Shown here: piece by piece, positions 31,426-43,409 of the stretch
Layout of the letters: every line of letters starts with the position of its first letter
How positions within the stretch are numbered: position 1 is the first letter of the stretch
Origin: Raillietiella orientalis
Taxonomy: Eukaryota
Reading direction: 5' to 3'
Assembly (NCBI GenBank): GCA_036172245.1
Contig: JAYWIR010000019.1
Coordinates: 2,728,001 to 2,792,000, forward strand
DNA length: 64,000 bases
Translations under genes and position numbers: made by a program
Notes under the pieces: model-generated
Seen by the model: the letters and a program-made list of their open reading frames with translations, nothing else
Told to the model about the DNA's origin: nothing
Databases searched by the model: none

Positions 31426-33008
31426 GTGGGAGTCATCAGCGCCGACGAAGGCGCCATTAGCCCACATAGCGCCCGCACTTTCGTGCATTATGTTCCAGTG
31501 TTCTGCATGACTCTTTCCCGCCGTGTGATCCCCACCTTTCGCAAAGATCTCGCGTCTGTCTCGATCCTGGTCTCGTTTCCATGGAATGGACCAGCAGTCG
31601 TCAGTGGTTTCCTCTGGGATTCCCGGCAGCCTCCGAGCAACAAAGGCTGCCTTTCGAGGGGGATCCGGGCTAGGTGGTCCCAGGACTCAACTCCGTGCGA
31701 GAAGTCCGGGCCGAGCGTGCTACTCCTGCAAGCCAGCGCCAGGTTTTCCCCGCGGTAGAGGACCGGCAGCTGCAGTATTCACCCCGGCATCTACCAGGCA
31801 ACAACGCTGGGATTTCCCCCTTCTCTCCCCTTCCTCCCGCCATCTCCCAGAAATCACTCCGAAGGGGCTTCCTCGAATTCCAGGGAACCTCCTGAAGCGC
31901 GCGCTCATTCCAGAAAGTTCCTCGCTACCGCCGGCTCGCTCCCTGCCGACGATGGCCGAAACAGGCGACCGCCTCAGCTCGCTCGCAAGAGCGGCCGGAG
32001 GCAGGCCGCGCGGGTGCCTCGCGTGGAGACCCGCGAAAAGACCCATCAGTCGGAAATTGATGCTGTTTTCGTGCCCAATGGGCAGCTGGAGCTCGATACC
32101 CGGTAATCACTTTCTGATGAGGTCAAGCGATCCGAGGTCCTCCCACCGAGATGGGCGGATGCCTCGCCCCTTGCAAGAACCGGTGGACTCCACGCCCGGC
32201 GCGCTTGCCACAGCCGGCAGCACCTGCATCTGAGCGATCGGTCCGAACGGAAGGCGGCAGCAGCAGCAGCGATTCAGAGGCAGTGCGCAGCTCCGCTGCA
32301 AGCGGTCAGCGCAGGACTACGACGCGTGCGGTCCCGGCAGCACCCGGGAGTGCGCGTGCCATGAAGATTTCGTGCTTTTCTTCCCGTCCGACTTGGTTCC
32401 TCATCTCTCTCGCGCGCGCCACACCCACGCTTCCCTGGGACGGACTTCGTTTTAATGACTCTCGAAATCCCCTTAAGAATTTTCCTCTTTTCCATCCCCG
32501 TCTCCCCCCTCCCTCCCGTCTCTCCCGAGGAAAGAGGTAGCTGGGAATTTCCTGTTTCGGAGCCGCCCATGGCTCGGCGCCTCCAAGTGCCGTGCCGAAC
32601 TCGAAAGGCAGCGATGCTCTTTTTTATTTTTATTTTTTATCTCGGCCAGCTTTCCCGAACCGACTGAGGTCGTACCCGAAACGAGCGCCGCGAATTCCGT
32701 GGTCCATTTCCGGAGAGAGGTCAGGGAAACGTCCCAGGTCTCTCGAGCGGTTACACCGCCGCAGATGTGTGACCGGCGCCATGCTGGGAATTCGCTGTTC
32801 GAGTTCGCCTCTCGGCGACCCGGTGTTACTCGGAAGAGGTTCCCAACCCTCTAGACAAGGCGGTGTTCCTCGCAGGAGGTTCCCGACCCTCTCGGCGGGT
32901 GTATGCTGTACGCGTGGATGCTCGAGTGTAGCTCGCTAACGCATCTATCTCTCCCCTCTCCCTTTAGACGCGAGAATTCCGCAGGAAAGTGAGAATCATC
33001 AGTGATAC

Positions 33009-33028
33009 ACTACACTTTGATCTTAGCC
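33009..33028 (-). pseudogene. U2: Inverted U2 snRNA fragment (approx. nt 19-38)
   Basis: The reverse complement reads ggctaagatcaaagtgtagt. Confidence 0.85.
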
Positions 33029-33030
33029 CA

Positions 33031-33068
33031 ATCGCTTCTCGGCCTTTTGACTAAGATCAAAGTGCAGT
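33031..33068 (+). pseudogene. U2: 3'-truncated U2 snRNA fragment (nt 1-~38)
   Basis: atcgcttctcggccttttgactaagatcaaagtgcagt matches the U2 5' end (AUCGCUUCUCGGCCUUUUGGCUAAGAUCAAAGUGUAGU) with 2 mismatches; the rest of U2 (stem II, Sm site) is absent. Confidence 0.9.
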
Positions 33069-34367
33069 CAGTGAGAACGCTGCGTTTGTTTTCCCCTTCC
33101 CCGGAGCGAACCTCCTCTTTTGCCGGGCGAGTTGTCCCTTCCCGTGTGGTTCGGGCAGAAGACAGCAGTGCAACCCACCGCTACCTCCTGGAGTCCCTCC
33201 CTCCCTTTTTTTTTTTTTTTTTTGCTTCTTCTCCTGAACGGTAGCGGACGGGCAGGGAGGATGAGGCGGTTGTGCGGACCGAAGTGTGCCGCGGAGTGAA
33301 AGCAGCAGGGAACTCGGGGCGCGGCGGATGACGCGCAAACCGCAAAGGTGCGAGGCAAAGTCCGAGGAAGATTTTCCAGGCGACGAACTTCTCCGCTTGC
33401 CCGCCGCTTCCACGGGACGACTGCCTCCTTGTTCCTCTCCCTCCTCCCTTGCGAGAGTCTGGGGGGGGGCACCTGAATGTGAAAATCGCGTCCGCGGGTG
33501 GCCCCCAGCTCGAAACGAGCGACAGCGACGCTCTTCCTGTAGGTTTGAAGTGTTTACATAGGGCTCTCGCCTTCCGCGAACTCCCGAACGCCATTGACGC
33601 TTGCACCGCCCGTTTGTTTTTCTTCCCGAATGATTGATACAGTACGCCGCCGAGGAGTGCTCTCAGAGTCCGCGAGGTCATTGGTGCTGTCCACTCCCAT
33701 GGCTTTTTAAGAGCCTCCGAGATGTTAAGAGGGCATGGAAAAACTCATCTGGGAAGATCAAGTGACCTTTGTCATCCGTGGCACGTAATGCTCCCAGGAC
33801 TACCCGAAAGGTCGTTCACTCGGCGGTAAAAATAACGCGTGCGGTGGTCGCGGATCGCACGTCGGTGGGGTCTCGGGCCGGCCCTTCGCTATTCCATGGC
33901 ACTGTTCCCCCCACCCTTCCTCCAAGTTCTCTACAGCAACCGGCCCTCTCTGACGGGAGTCTCCCTCTCCCGTTTGCATCGCGTCCCACTGAACCGAAGG
34001 CTGTCGAATCGCCCGGAGACCACGGACCACGGGTTCCTGCTTGAAATTCCTGCCTCGTGTCGCCAAGCGCTCCTGCATATTCGAGAACGTCACGGGTAAT
34101 TTGCGCACGGATTCATCTGGGTCGGCGGCATGGCGCAAGCGGTGCTGCCGCGACGATAAAATCGCCGGCGAGGCGCTTCGATATGCATCGAATGCATCCA
34201 CCGCGTGCGCTTCCTCCGTGGAAGCGTCCTTTTATCTTCAGTCGTGTGTCGTTTGAGCAATGTACACGGAAGTGCCGCGGCATGGAGACTGCATAAGTGG
34301 CTCGCATCTATAAATATATCTGTACAGTTTTTTTTTAATAGGGATTGTTATCATGCCCTTGTTGGAG

Positions 34368-35290
34368 GCCGTGTGGCTATAGTCTCCGCTCGTAGTACAC
34401 CAAGTCTTGCGGGTTCGAATCCCGCCCGAGGAAGGATCGAACGCCGAGAACGGGGGGTGCGTCGTTGGGGTTTCGAGTCCCCGTCCGCATGATGACGCTG
34501 GTCAGCCTTATAGGCTTCGGATGCGGCACTGGTTGACAACCGGTCACGCTGGGACATTTATTTACAAAAAATAAACACATGTCTGTGGCAGGACGTTTGA
34601 TCTTGCCACGTTACTTATGAATACGAGAAGGAACCTGCCGGGAACTGGCACACAGGCCAGCGGGGTTCGCCTCGGCAGCACAAGGGAGGGGAAGACAAAC
34701 AAAAAGAAAAAAAAATAAAGCAATCCAAAAAAAATTGGGGGGGTTCGGGAAGGGGATCATTGTGTGCTGGAGGGTGTCCTCTGCATCCTTGTAAGGATGA
34801 TGGCAAGTTTCTGTTTCAAGGCTCCCAGGTGGGGTCCTCTTGACGCTATCCTCTTGAAGAGGACAGCAGAATAGATGGCGTCCCTGTCGTTCTGGCCTCT
34901 TCTGAGTCCCGCCGCGTGGGCAGCACAGTGCTGCTAGGGATGCTGCCGGCGTGAAGGCGTCTCGTAGGAAGGGTGTGCCACTGGTGGAAGCCGGAAACCG
35001 GATGCCCCCGTTGACTGGCCAGGATCGGAAGACTACCCCCGAGTTCCTTCCAGATGAATCAAGGAGTCGGTTCCCTTCGGGATTCCCCTCCGGTCGTGCA
35101 AATGGAGTCGTTTCTCCTCCACCTCGTACCATGGAGTTGGTGGACTGATACCTCTCCAGAGTGTGAAGAAGCGCCCCGCTCCCTTCAGGGAACTGCCTTT
35201 CCGAGAAATTTGGAAACTTCAAGAGTTGCCTCGCTCCTCCGCGGTTGGCGCGGCACAGTGTTAAAGAGCTTCGTGAACCACGAGGCGAAC
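34368..35290 (+). mobile_element. tRNA-derived SINE split by a ~445-bp insertion
   Basis: 5' half with B-box gggttcgaatcccg (to ~34550) and 3' half from ~34979; cactggt is duplicated at 34527-34533 and 34979-34985. Confidence 0.7.
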
Positions 35291-36569
35291 GGCGGCTCGT
35301 GGCTCACGGCTTTTTTGGTTTGCTTGAGGACTTAGCAAACCGAAAAAGAGAAAAATCGAAAAAAGGAAAAAGAAAAAAGCTGGAAGGGAAACAGGGAAAA
35401 CTTAAAAGAACCCAAAGGAGTTTTATCGGAATAATAGCAGTGTGGTCCCTCTTTTCTCTGGAATCAGACAGGGACTTCACTGCCTCGGTTTCGTCCTCTT
35501 GCACCTGTTCCATTCTCAGCTGCTTGAAGGAAGACGCTCCTCGTGTATTCTTTTTTGGGATGCCGTCGCCGTGAATGTTCTTCCTGATTGCGAGGTGCCG
35601 CCTCTTTTGGTTTCCATGAGATTCCGAATCTGGATGTCCGGTCCACCTGGTGAAATTCAAACGTCCAACTCATTCCCGTGTGCCGGTCGCAGTCGATCCT
35701 GAGACCATCCCCCTCCCCCCTTGCGTCGTTTACCCTTTACATCGCTGACAGTTTCCCGCAAAGCTGACGGGGAATTTTGGCTCTGGGAACAAAGTGACTC
35801 GCCTTGTCTGCGGGGGACCACACTTTTGGCCCCGGCTCCAAACGAACCTCGGCACAGCGGGCTCAGAAGAGAGAGTTTTGCAAAAGATGCAAACTGCACG
35901 GGACGTGGTGTCTCGACATTTCGATTCTGTGCAGCGTGCTCGTTCTGCACACTTCTGGCCGCGATATACCCTCTAAACTATAGCACCATCCCGCTTCCAC
36001 GCACCCACCGCAGCACTTGCTCTCCGCGAACGGGTTTGCTACCGGAGCAGCTGCGCTTCTTGTCGTGACTCCTTGGTTAAACGATTCGGATTTGCCGGCC
36101 ATGGGTGTGCACTTTTCTCCCTGCTTTGGTGTTTCGGAAGGATTGGCTCTGCGTTGTGGGAATCCTGAATGTCTTTTTCCCCCTTTCCGCCCTCGTTGCT
36201 TCTTCGTCATTTTCACGCTCGGATTCCAGCGTCAGTGGTACTTGGCGAGGACAGGAGAAAAGGCATCCCTTTCCATTCTTCTCGATAAATCGAAAAAAAA
36301 AAAAATCCAATCTCTTACGCGCCTTTTTAAACGCGGCAGACCACGATTTCTGTCTCGACAAACCGGCGGCCTGGCATTTCCGTTGTTGGTTTGCATGCCC
36401 TCCGTCCTCACTGCTCGAGTGAACCTCCGAGTTCGTCGCCAACGGGAAGCTTCCCGAGTGGCTTTCAATTTTCTGGTGATCTTTGGTCGATGACCCGATC
36501 TCGTAAGCCATCGCCCGTCATCTGCCCCGCTCCTGTTTACTCCTCTGAAGAGAACTTCCGAAGGGACGC

Positions 36570-36930
36570 TTCCGAAATTCAGAAGGGTGCTCCACGGAGG
36601 GAGCGGCATACTCCTCTGCACTCTGGAGAGGTGGTAACACATCTACTCCATGCTGCGACACGGAGGGTCTGCTCCTTTGCACAACCGGAAGGGAACTCTC
36701 ACTCCTTGATGCTGTTTTCTGGAGGGACCCTGGAGGTTCGAATCTCAATCCCGGCCACTCGTTGGGGGCATCCGGTTTTAACCTCTACCGGCTCCGCACC
36801 CGAATGAATAGACACCAACCAGCGTCATCTTGTAGGAGGATCTCGAACCAACGACGCCCCCTTCTCTCGGCGTCGATCCTTTCTGAGTATTTGAACCCAG
36901 GAAGCCTGGAGCCACGCGCAGAGACCTCAA
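36570..36930 (-). mobile_element. tRNA-derived SINE, diverged copy (minus strand)
   Basis: Reverse complement contains aggatcgacgccgag, atgacgctggttgg, ccggatgccccc, atcaaggagt. Confidence 0.7.
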
Positions 36931-37849
36931 CCACGTGGCCTCCAACGCAGTCATCCCTCAACTGTCCATTGCTTCTGCCCACGCAACCCGAACTCTCCTC
37001 GGCTTTTGATCAGTCCTTGAAAAGCCAGAACCAGTTCCTTTCCCTGCTCGCATGCCCGTGGAATCGTTCTCGTACGACCAAGCGGTCAGCGTCCACTTTG
37101 TGTTTCCCTTGCGCGAAGAGACTCCGGGCACGCCGTTCCTCGTTCGCACGAGCTCGCGTGACCCACAGGTGCCCTTTTCCAAGATACGAACTTCGCGCTT
37201 CCCTTTCGAAAAATCAGGTACGCACTCAACTTGCAAGTGCCGCACCGGTTCGTGCTCGCGTGCCACTCTGCGGCAGACGTGGCCTTTTGAGAGGACCATT
37301 ACTAAGCGGTAGGCGTCTTCCTTCCGAGCCGCGTCACTTGCCTGTTGCCAAAGAGAAGGAAGCCGATCCGCTTGGAAACGTTGTGTGGACCATCTTTCCC
37401 TGGGTTCAGTCAAACTGCTTCGTTTCCGAAGAATCGCTTAGCAACGACAGCGACAGCAATCAAGCGACCATTTTGATCACCTACTGTGTTCTCAGAGGAA
37501 CCGGAAATTCCATCAGCGGAACGAACTGGGGACAGGGAAGCTCTCCGCGTTGGATTTTTTGTCCTGTATCCCTTGAGCTCTCGGCTGCTGTCCCAATTTT
37601 TCGATCAGTGTTTTTCCTCAGCATCCGCACCAACATGCCTCCTTGTTTTACCTCAGATTAGAGGCTCCACTGCCTCGGGTCATTCTCTTCCGGCAGCTCC
37701 ATTTCTAGCTGTTGCGCTCATCGCATTCACGTCATTAGGATGCTGTGAACGTTCTTTCTTATCGTGGTGCGTCTTTTGAATGCGATGAAGTCCCGAAGTC
37801 TGAAGGTGGGGAGTTGGCCCACTACGACTATCAGCAAATGTGGTTGTCT

Positions 37850-38880
37850 TTAAGACAGAGCGTAGCGTTACTATGGTTCCTGCTGTGAGGGTCAGCAATA
37901 AACCGTGGGGCACCGATAAGGATCGTCAAGATCCAGGGATGTTCGGAAAAGACTCTGATCGTCAAGACGTCACAGGTGACATCGCAAGCAAACCCACTCT
38001 GGGACGTGGGGAACCTTTGAAGTCCTCTCATGCAGAAGAGCATCCGCCAGCGCTTCCACGTGGTGCCCAACCAGGGTTCGCGGAGAAGGGTTCGTCGCCG
38101 CCGCCCAGGGCGACGTTCTTCACTGAGAGTAAAGCCTTCTGAGGCCGAGAGCGTTTAGGTGGTTTTCAACGGCGCTCGCGTGGAACTGGTACTGGCATTT
38201 TCCAGCTTCCACTTTTCCTCCCACTCATCGCTTTTCCTTCCGAGGTGCCCCCTCTCCCCCACCGGCCTGACTGCCAGAAGTGACGTGGCTGGGTGGCAGC
38301 GTGTGGTTCCCAACCCCGGCTTTTTCACTCCTCCATGGAGGGGAAAAAGTACAAAGTCGGTCTCAGAGTCGTTTCCATCCGCGAGCACATCGAGATGCCA
38401 CGTCCGCCCTCCTCCGAGGATTCCACTTCCGTTCCCCACGAACCCACGTCGCTATTTTGGAAGTCAAGGCGGAAAGAAAAGTCGTTCACGCTCGTGTTTC
38501 GGGCGCCTATGTCTTCATCCCCCTTTCCCATCTGTTTCTGGAAGTCCTCACTCGGGTGCCAAGCTTTTTCTCGTTTTGAATTCTGCACCGGGATGGATGC
38601 TGAGATCAGGACTGGAATCGTTCAAACCTCCCGCATCTGGGGCGGCCTTGATCAACATTCAACAACGGCCGCGACCAACCTTGACAGTTCAGGTTTACGG
38701 GAAGGCATCGTTGTTCGCTGTTTCTCGAGAATACTGCTGCTCTATCCAGCGTGGCAACCGGATGGTGGTATCATTATCAGACTCAGCGAGGTTTAGAAGA
38801 TCCAAGAGATGAAAGGTAAACACGGTCTCAAGAAGGATCGAGGCCCTTCTCATTAGAGACAGTTTAACTTCCCGTGAAGC
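37850..38880 (+). mobile_element. Decayed Penelope-like element (RT C-terminal half + GIY-YIG)
   Basis: QPGFAEKGSSPPPRATFF (~QxxGxAMGSPLxPxLAxxF), TSVPHEPTSLFWKS..KSFTLVFRA (~TSVYRKPT..WxS..TLxxRA), FKPPASGAALI..TLTV (~FxCPxCxxxYIG..RxL), RRIEALLIR (~xxxEALxI). Confidence 0.55.
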
Positions 38881-38949
38881 CTCGTTGTCTGGGATGTGTT
38901 GGAAACTCCAGAGGGGTTCATGGATGAAACGCGTGATGAATCGACTGCA

Positions 38950-40050
38950 TCGCTTCTGGCTTGAGGGATGCGGATCATTTTTCTTTTTGAGAAAAGGGAC
39001 GCGCGAGACGCAGAATGGGAGAAAGCTGTTCTCTCTTGCCATCATTGGGGAGAGATGAAGACTACCGGGCGGACAACCGAGCGATGCAGAGCCAGCTCGG
39101 TCGTCCGGTAATTTTCACCTCTTAGCGCCAGCAGCATGCAGACGCCGTCGCATGGACCAGCTGGCTGAAACAAGCGTTCCCGAGGTAGTCGGAGAAGCGC
39201 AAGATCCAACTGATCCGCAGTGAGAAACCCGCCGGATGGAGTCAGCGTTGCTTGGAAACCCGATCTCGGATCGCAAAAGCTATCCCTGAACTCTCAACGT
39301 ACGATCTCGAGGGATCCCCCTGTGAAATGACCTCGACAGAGTTGGAGTGATTTTCGAGCTCGTGGCAAGCCAAGGCGTACGCGAGACACCGAAGTCGGTT
39401 CTTTCTCAGCTTCCTTGTTGAGCTCGATCCGCCAAGAGATCTGCAGGCTGCACGGCTCACCACTAGGAATTGAAGGACCCTCGTGAGCAAACAGTCGAAT
39501 TTCGGGACTACTCGCCAGTGCCGGCTATCTATTCAATGAGCTGTCTCTTCCCCCAAACATGGAACAGTGGCATTTCTTTGGTTTTCTTTTTTTGGAGGCC
39601 TTCCTGAATTCCTGGTTTTCATTCTGCGGCTCAAGCTTCCGAAGAAAAACAAAGCAAAACAAAAAAGCAACCTGGGGTTTCGGGAGCCGTTTCTGGCGCG
39701 GGGTGACGTAAATCCAGAGTCATGAAATACTGCAAAAGTGTGCTAGGAGCAGGCGGAAACACACGCGTGTCTGAAAGCTGACTTCCAGGAATGGGTAGTT
39801 GGCTCCGCTCTGCTTTCGATTCGACTGCAGTGGGGCCGAGGGTTCTTGCCGAGAGAATTTCCAGTTTGCTCTTCGATGCGCTCTTCGTGCGAGACTGCTT
39901 CGTGCATCCAGCGGGAGTGGAGGCAGCTCGACAGCACCGCATCACTCTTCCGCTGCTGCGCCCTGGCGTAGTCCGAAAACTTAGATGGCACCATAAAGGT
40001 TCCTCCGACCACCCAGCGAAAATTCAGAGATGACTGCATCTCTGTCGAGC
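38950..40050 (-). mobile_element. Decayed RLE-type (R2/NeSL/Utopia-like) non-LTR RT relic
   Basis: Ordered motifs: SLNFRWVVG..SKFS (~NFRPI..KxF), TPAGCTKQ (~FxPxxGCxEH), RLRCLAYALA (~LAYADD), SGIAF (~GLxF), RFSDYLGN (~xKYLG). Confidence 0.5.
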
Positions 40051-43000
40051 CCAGAGGAGGAATTCTACCGCCCGAGTCAGCAGCGGTCGCTTGTTCCTAC
40101 CGGGCATCGAGTCGGAGTGCGATCATCGCGCACTTCCCGAGAAGGTTCCATTAATTTTGGCGTAAGTCGCGGTCAAGTCGAAACGTCGGCAATCCGAAGG
40201 ATCAGCAATGCTTTTTGTCCACTGCTGCGTGTGATCCATGCGTGTCAACAGCCTCGTCCCTATTTCTGAAGCTTGTAAGAAAAGACCTGATTCTGTGAAT
40301 CAGGTCTGTAATGCGCTCTTGCGGAGCGCATTAAAGACCTGCGCTTTTAAAATACCTCAGCAGAGTTGGCTGAGAACTGCATGTGGAAGTATATGCGCGA
40401 CCAAAAGTCACGCATGCGTTACCACAGGCAGCACAACAGGGGGCAGAGTGTCACAGCAACCGGGGCTTTAGGTGGATTGGAGTCTTAGCGGAGTTTCCTG
40501 GAGGAACGACCCAGGCGAATCCTCATTTACCTGAATCTTCATTTCGAGCACCTCTGCCAGTCCTCCACAACTTTCGTTCCTCGTGAAATGCTGCGAAGCG
40601 TCTTGGGGAAAGAAGGGACCACCTTTGTATCTTCCTAATTCCTTAGTTTGCGCTGAAGCATGGCTTCCCTCCCTTCCCCCTGCTTCTGTTTCCACGATGC
40701 CATCCCTCGGCATCATTTGCCTCGCATGCATATGCTGCATGCTCAAAGAGTGACAGCGATGTGGAGCATAAATCCGAGCTCGTTAAGCAGTAAAGCCTGA
40801 CGTATCTGCGAAGGAGATGATCTTTTTTTTTTTGTTGACCGAGGCTTTCGAGGTTTAACATAGCTTCCTTCTCGCGTCTCTCAGACTCCAAGATGAATGT
40901 GAACTCCCATGAGAAATCTCTCTTTCGAAGGAGGAAGGCGGCTATCAAACCTGACTTTGGGAACGCTGTGAACTGGCTGTCGCGTTCACAGCGTTCCCAA
41001 AGTCAGGTTCCTCGGAAACTGCCCGAAAGCCCAAGAACCATTTCTTTAACCAAATCCTTTGTTTCGGTCGCTTGCATCCGGCGCAACCCTTTATTGCGAG
41101 GAAGGAAAAAATTCCGTCTTCCTCTGGAATGCTGATGTCGAGCATCCTCGCTGCGTGGTCGGACGACCCAGGCACGCGTCCAGCTTACAGCATGCGGAAC
41201 GTACATCCAGCAAAACGAATCTTCTAGCATCCCAGGAAGCAGGGGATCTGCTAAACTATGTTCACGGACTGGCGCACTGTGTTCGGACGCTGCGAAGGCC
41301 GCGCCGCAGACTCGGTGCGTTCCCAAGGTGGAACGCATGCCGCGGTGTTCCGCTCAGCAAGGGCTTCACGTGGTCGAGTTTTCGATCCTCGTGGTCTCGA
41401 GACGAGAAGAAGTTCTTGGGTGCTTCGTTGCTCCGTGTTCTCCACACTCTGAGGGAGGATCGGCGCTCCGTTTTCCATCGTTGGTGTTTACTCTTTTGCT
41501 GACGTACAAGAAAGAAAGGAAATAATGCCTTTATTTTGTACTGGGACCTTCGGTGCGAGTGTTTCAAGGGAAAATAGTGTTTGTCAAGGTGGTGCGCGCC
41601 ATTACGCATTCGTCGCTGGTTCTTTTTGTTCTTCCTTGTAGTTTGCTGCGTGGGAATCACGTCATTCAGTTGCTTCGAAAAGGATGCGTTTCACAAGAGT
41701 AACTGAGCGCCGCATTTCGTTCGATTCTCGACTAAGATCAGATCTGCGCAGCAGATTTTGCCTGCCGGTTGCTTCCTGAGGGAGGACGGGACCCTGCAAC
41801 CCGTCAAAGTGTTCCGTAATTCGAACTCCTAGCGGTTACCAGACGATTCGGTGATTCGGATGGTTCGAGGCAGCATCCAAGGGGCGCTACCGAGTGCAAT
41901 TCTCAGCTACTATTTGTGTTTCTCCTAGCAACCGCGAGAGCCGCTTCCGTGCTCGCGAATGAACCGCCTGGGCTCCAGGTCGCGCTCTCTGACAGAGGGT
42001 GCACAAGAGTTATTCCGTCAGAAAAGCAGCAGCACATTCCCAGTCAGCGATTGTGATGGTGGTTTGCCATTGTGAACATCCGTCTGAGAGAGAAACCATT
42101 CCGAGTGCTTCTATCCGTGTTCGTGCTTGCATTTCCCATAACTCCATGCAATGTGCAGAAGTCGTGTCGTAAACGTTGTTGAGGAGCACAGAACAGAGAG
42201 AGCGCCGATCGATCTTCCTGGGAGCTCAGATACTTGTCAGATGGTTCCAAGGTGGCGTTAATGTGGGCTCTGGACTGTAGCTAAAGTCTTTCGTGCCTGT
42301 TTCCGAAGGCAAAAACAAAAACACCACGGTTCGTGTGAAACACACACAGACCAAAGCGCAGGTGGTTCGTGTAGCGAAGATTCATGCCCTTCATAGGTAG
42401 TGGTCGACGTTGAAGGCCATCGAAAAACCGAAGAAAACATGGGTGGTGATGACATTTAGTCTCTCATCGTTAAGAAGTACAATTCTTTGGAGTCTTAGAG
42501 GAGCAGAATCTGTAGAAGAGCAATTTTCTTTTCTTCTTTACGTGATAGCTGCAGTGCTTTCTGTCCAGAGCCAACATGACCAGTTTCGGTTGTCCAGCTA
42601 CGACTTCTCTGGTATTTTAGGAATGCCCTTCCTGTTCTTGTTGCTGCTGTTCCAGTAGGGATAGATGGTTCGAGATACGCGTTATTTAGCAATCTGCTTG
42701 TGCTTTGGTGGCTTTGGAGAGAGGTTTTGGATCACTGTCGTTTGTGATCCAATGAAGTAAAGTTCCGAGGAGCGGAGTGACTTTTGCAAGTCACCGCACA
42801 GTCAGCTCCCAAGACGCAAGAATAAGGGAGGTGCCTAATCGCTCCAGATGAGTGAAACACTTCGACATCGTGCAGAGGTGTCTGGAACGATGCTCGTAAC
42901 CTTGACTTCGAAAGCATTGCTTGTGGCCGAGCACACTGCTGCTTATTTGGGGAGCACCGGGGAGACCCCAAGGAAAAACGAAAGAAGCGACAGTATCCAG

Positions 43001-43409
43001 CGAACAGGAGAGATTCAGACGGATGACCTGCGACGCCACTTGCAAAGAGCTTGGGGTCTTCCCGCGTCGGGGACGGAATCTCATGTGAAGACGCGCCGTC
43101 GGCGCCAGCCGCCACCTACGTGCACGTGACACTTGTCACTCTGCGGCCAGCGGTTCGGCGCCGTCGCCATCTTCTGCGGGCCTGAGATCGAGACGACCGG
43201 TCTGGGAAAAGACCAACCAGATTTTTGGCAGCGCCGCAGGAGTCGAGACGGAGTCCTCGCAAGCAAGAGTCAAACCTCCGAGGTTCCCGGAAGTGGTGCA
43301 CAGAAGCCTTTCCAGAGCGGCCCTGTTCGAGCGAAGCCCTCCGGGCCACGGCAACAAGACGAAAGTCTTGACCGGTCAGACAAGCACTCTATCAGCCCGC
43401 ATTGACTAC

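Larger units (their letters stand above)
29600..33100 (-). mobile_element. Decayed tandem Penelope-like array with two pseudo-LTR-like repeats
   Basis: Minus-strand order: repeat (33100-32710); 3' ORF part (AGGSEELS ~GxSExL; CRSSTLGP..WDH ~C..YIG..EH; IPEE..CWSIPW; RREIFAKGGI); repeat (31425-31090); then RT N-terminal part (KQLPLRPILS..SSHQKLG ~PLRPILSxxGSxxHxLAK near 29800). Confidence 0.5.
32710..33100. repeat. Direct repeat copy 2, carrying the U2 insertion
   Basis: As for copy 1, plus an extra 62 nt and a 7-nt duplication at 33006-33074. Confidence 0.85.

Noticed and set aside
33031..33068. Functional U2 snRNA gene (also 52470-52506)
   Set aside because: Only the first ~37 nt are present; no stem IIa, Sm site or 3' stem-loops.
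41721..41740. Possible further U2 fragment (tcgattctcg-actaagatca)
   Set aside because: Needs an 8-nt gap plus mismatches over 20 nt; could be chance.
42400..43050. Additional retroelement relics (also 17850-18140, 21830-22130 with LVDLSKA, and 63300-63480 with FFVDLS)
   Set aside because: Only one or two weak motif resemblances each; not enough to call without a profile search.
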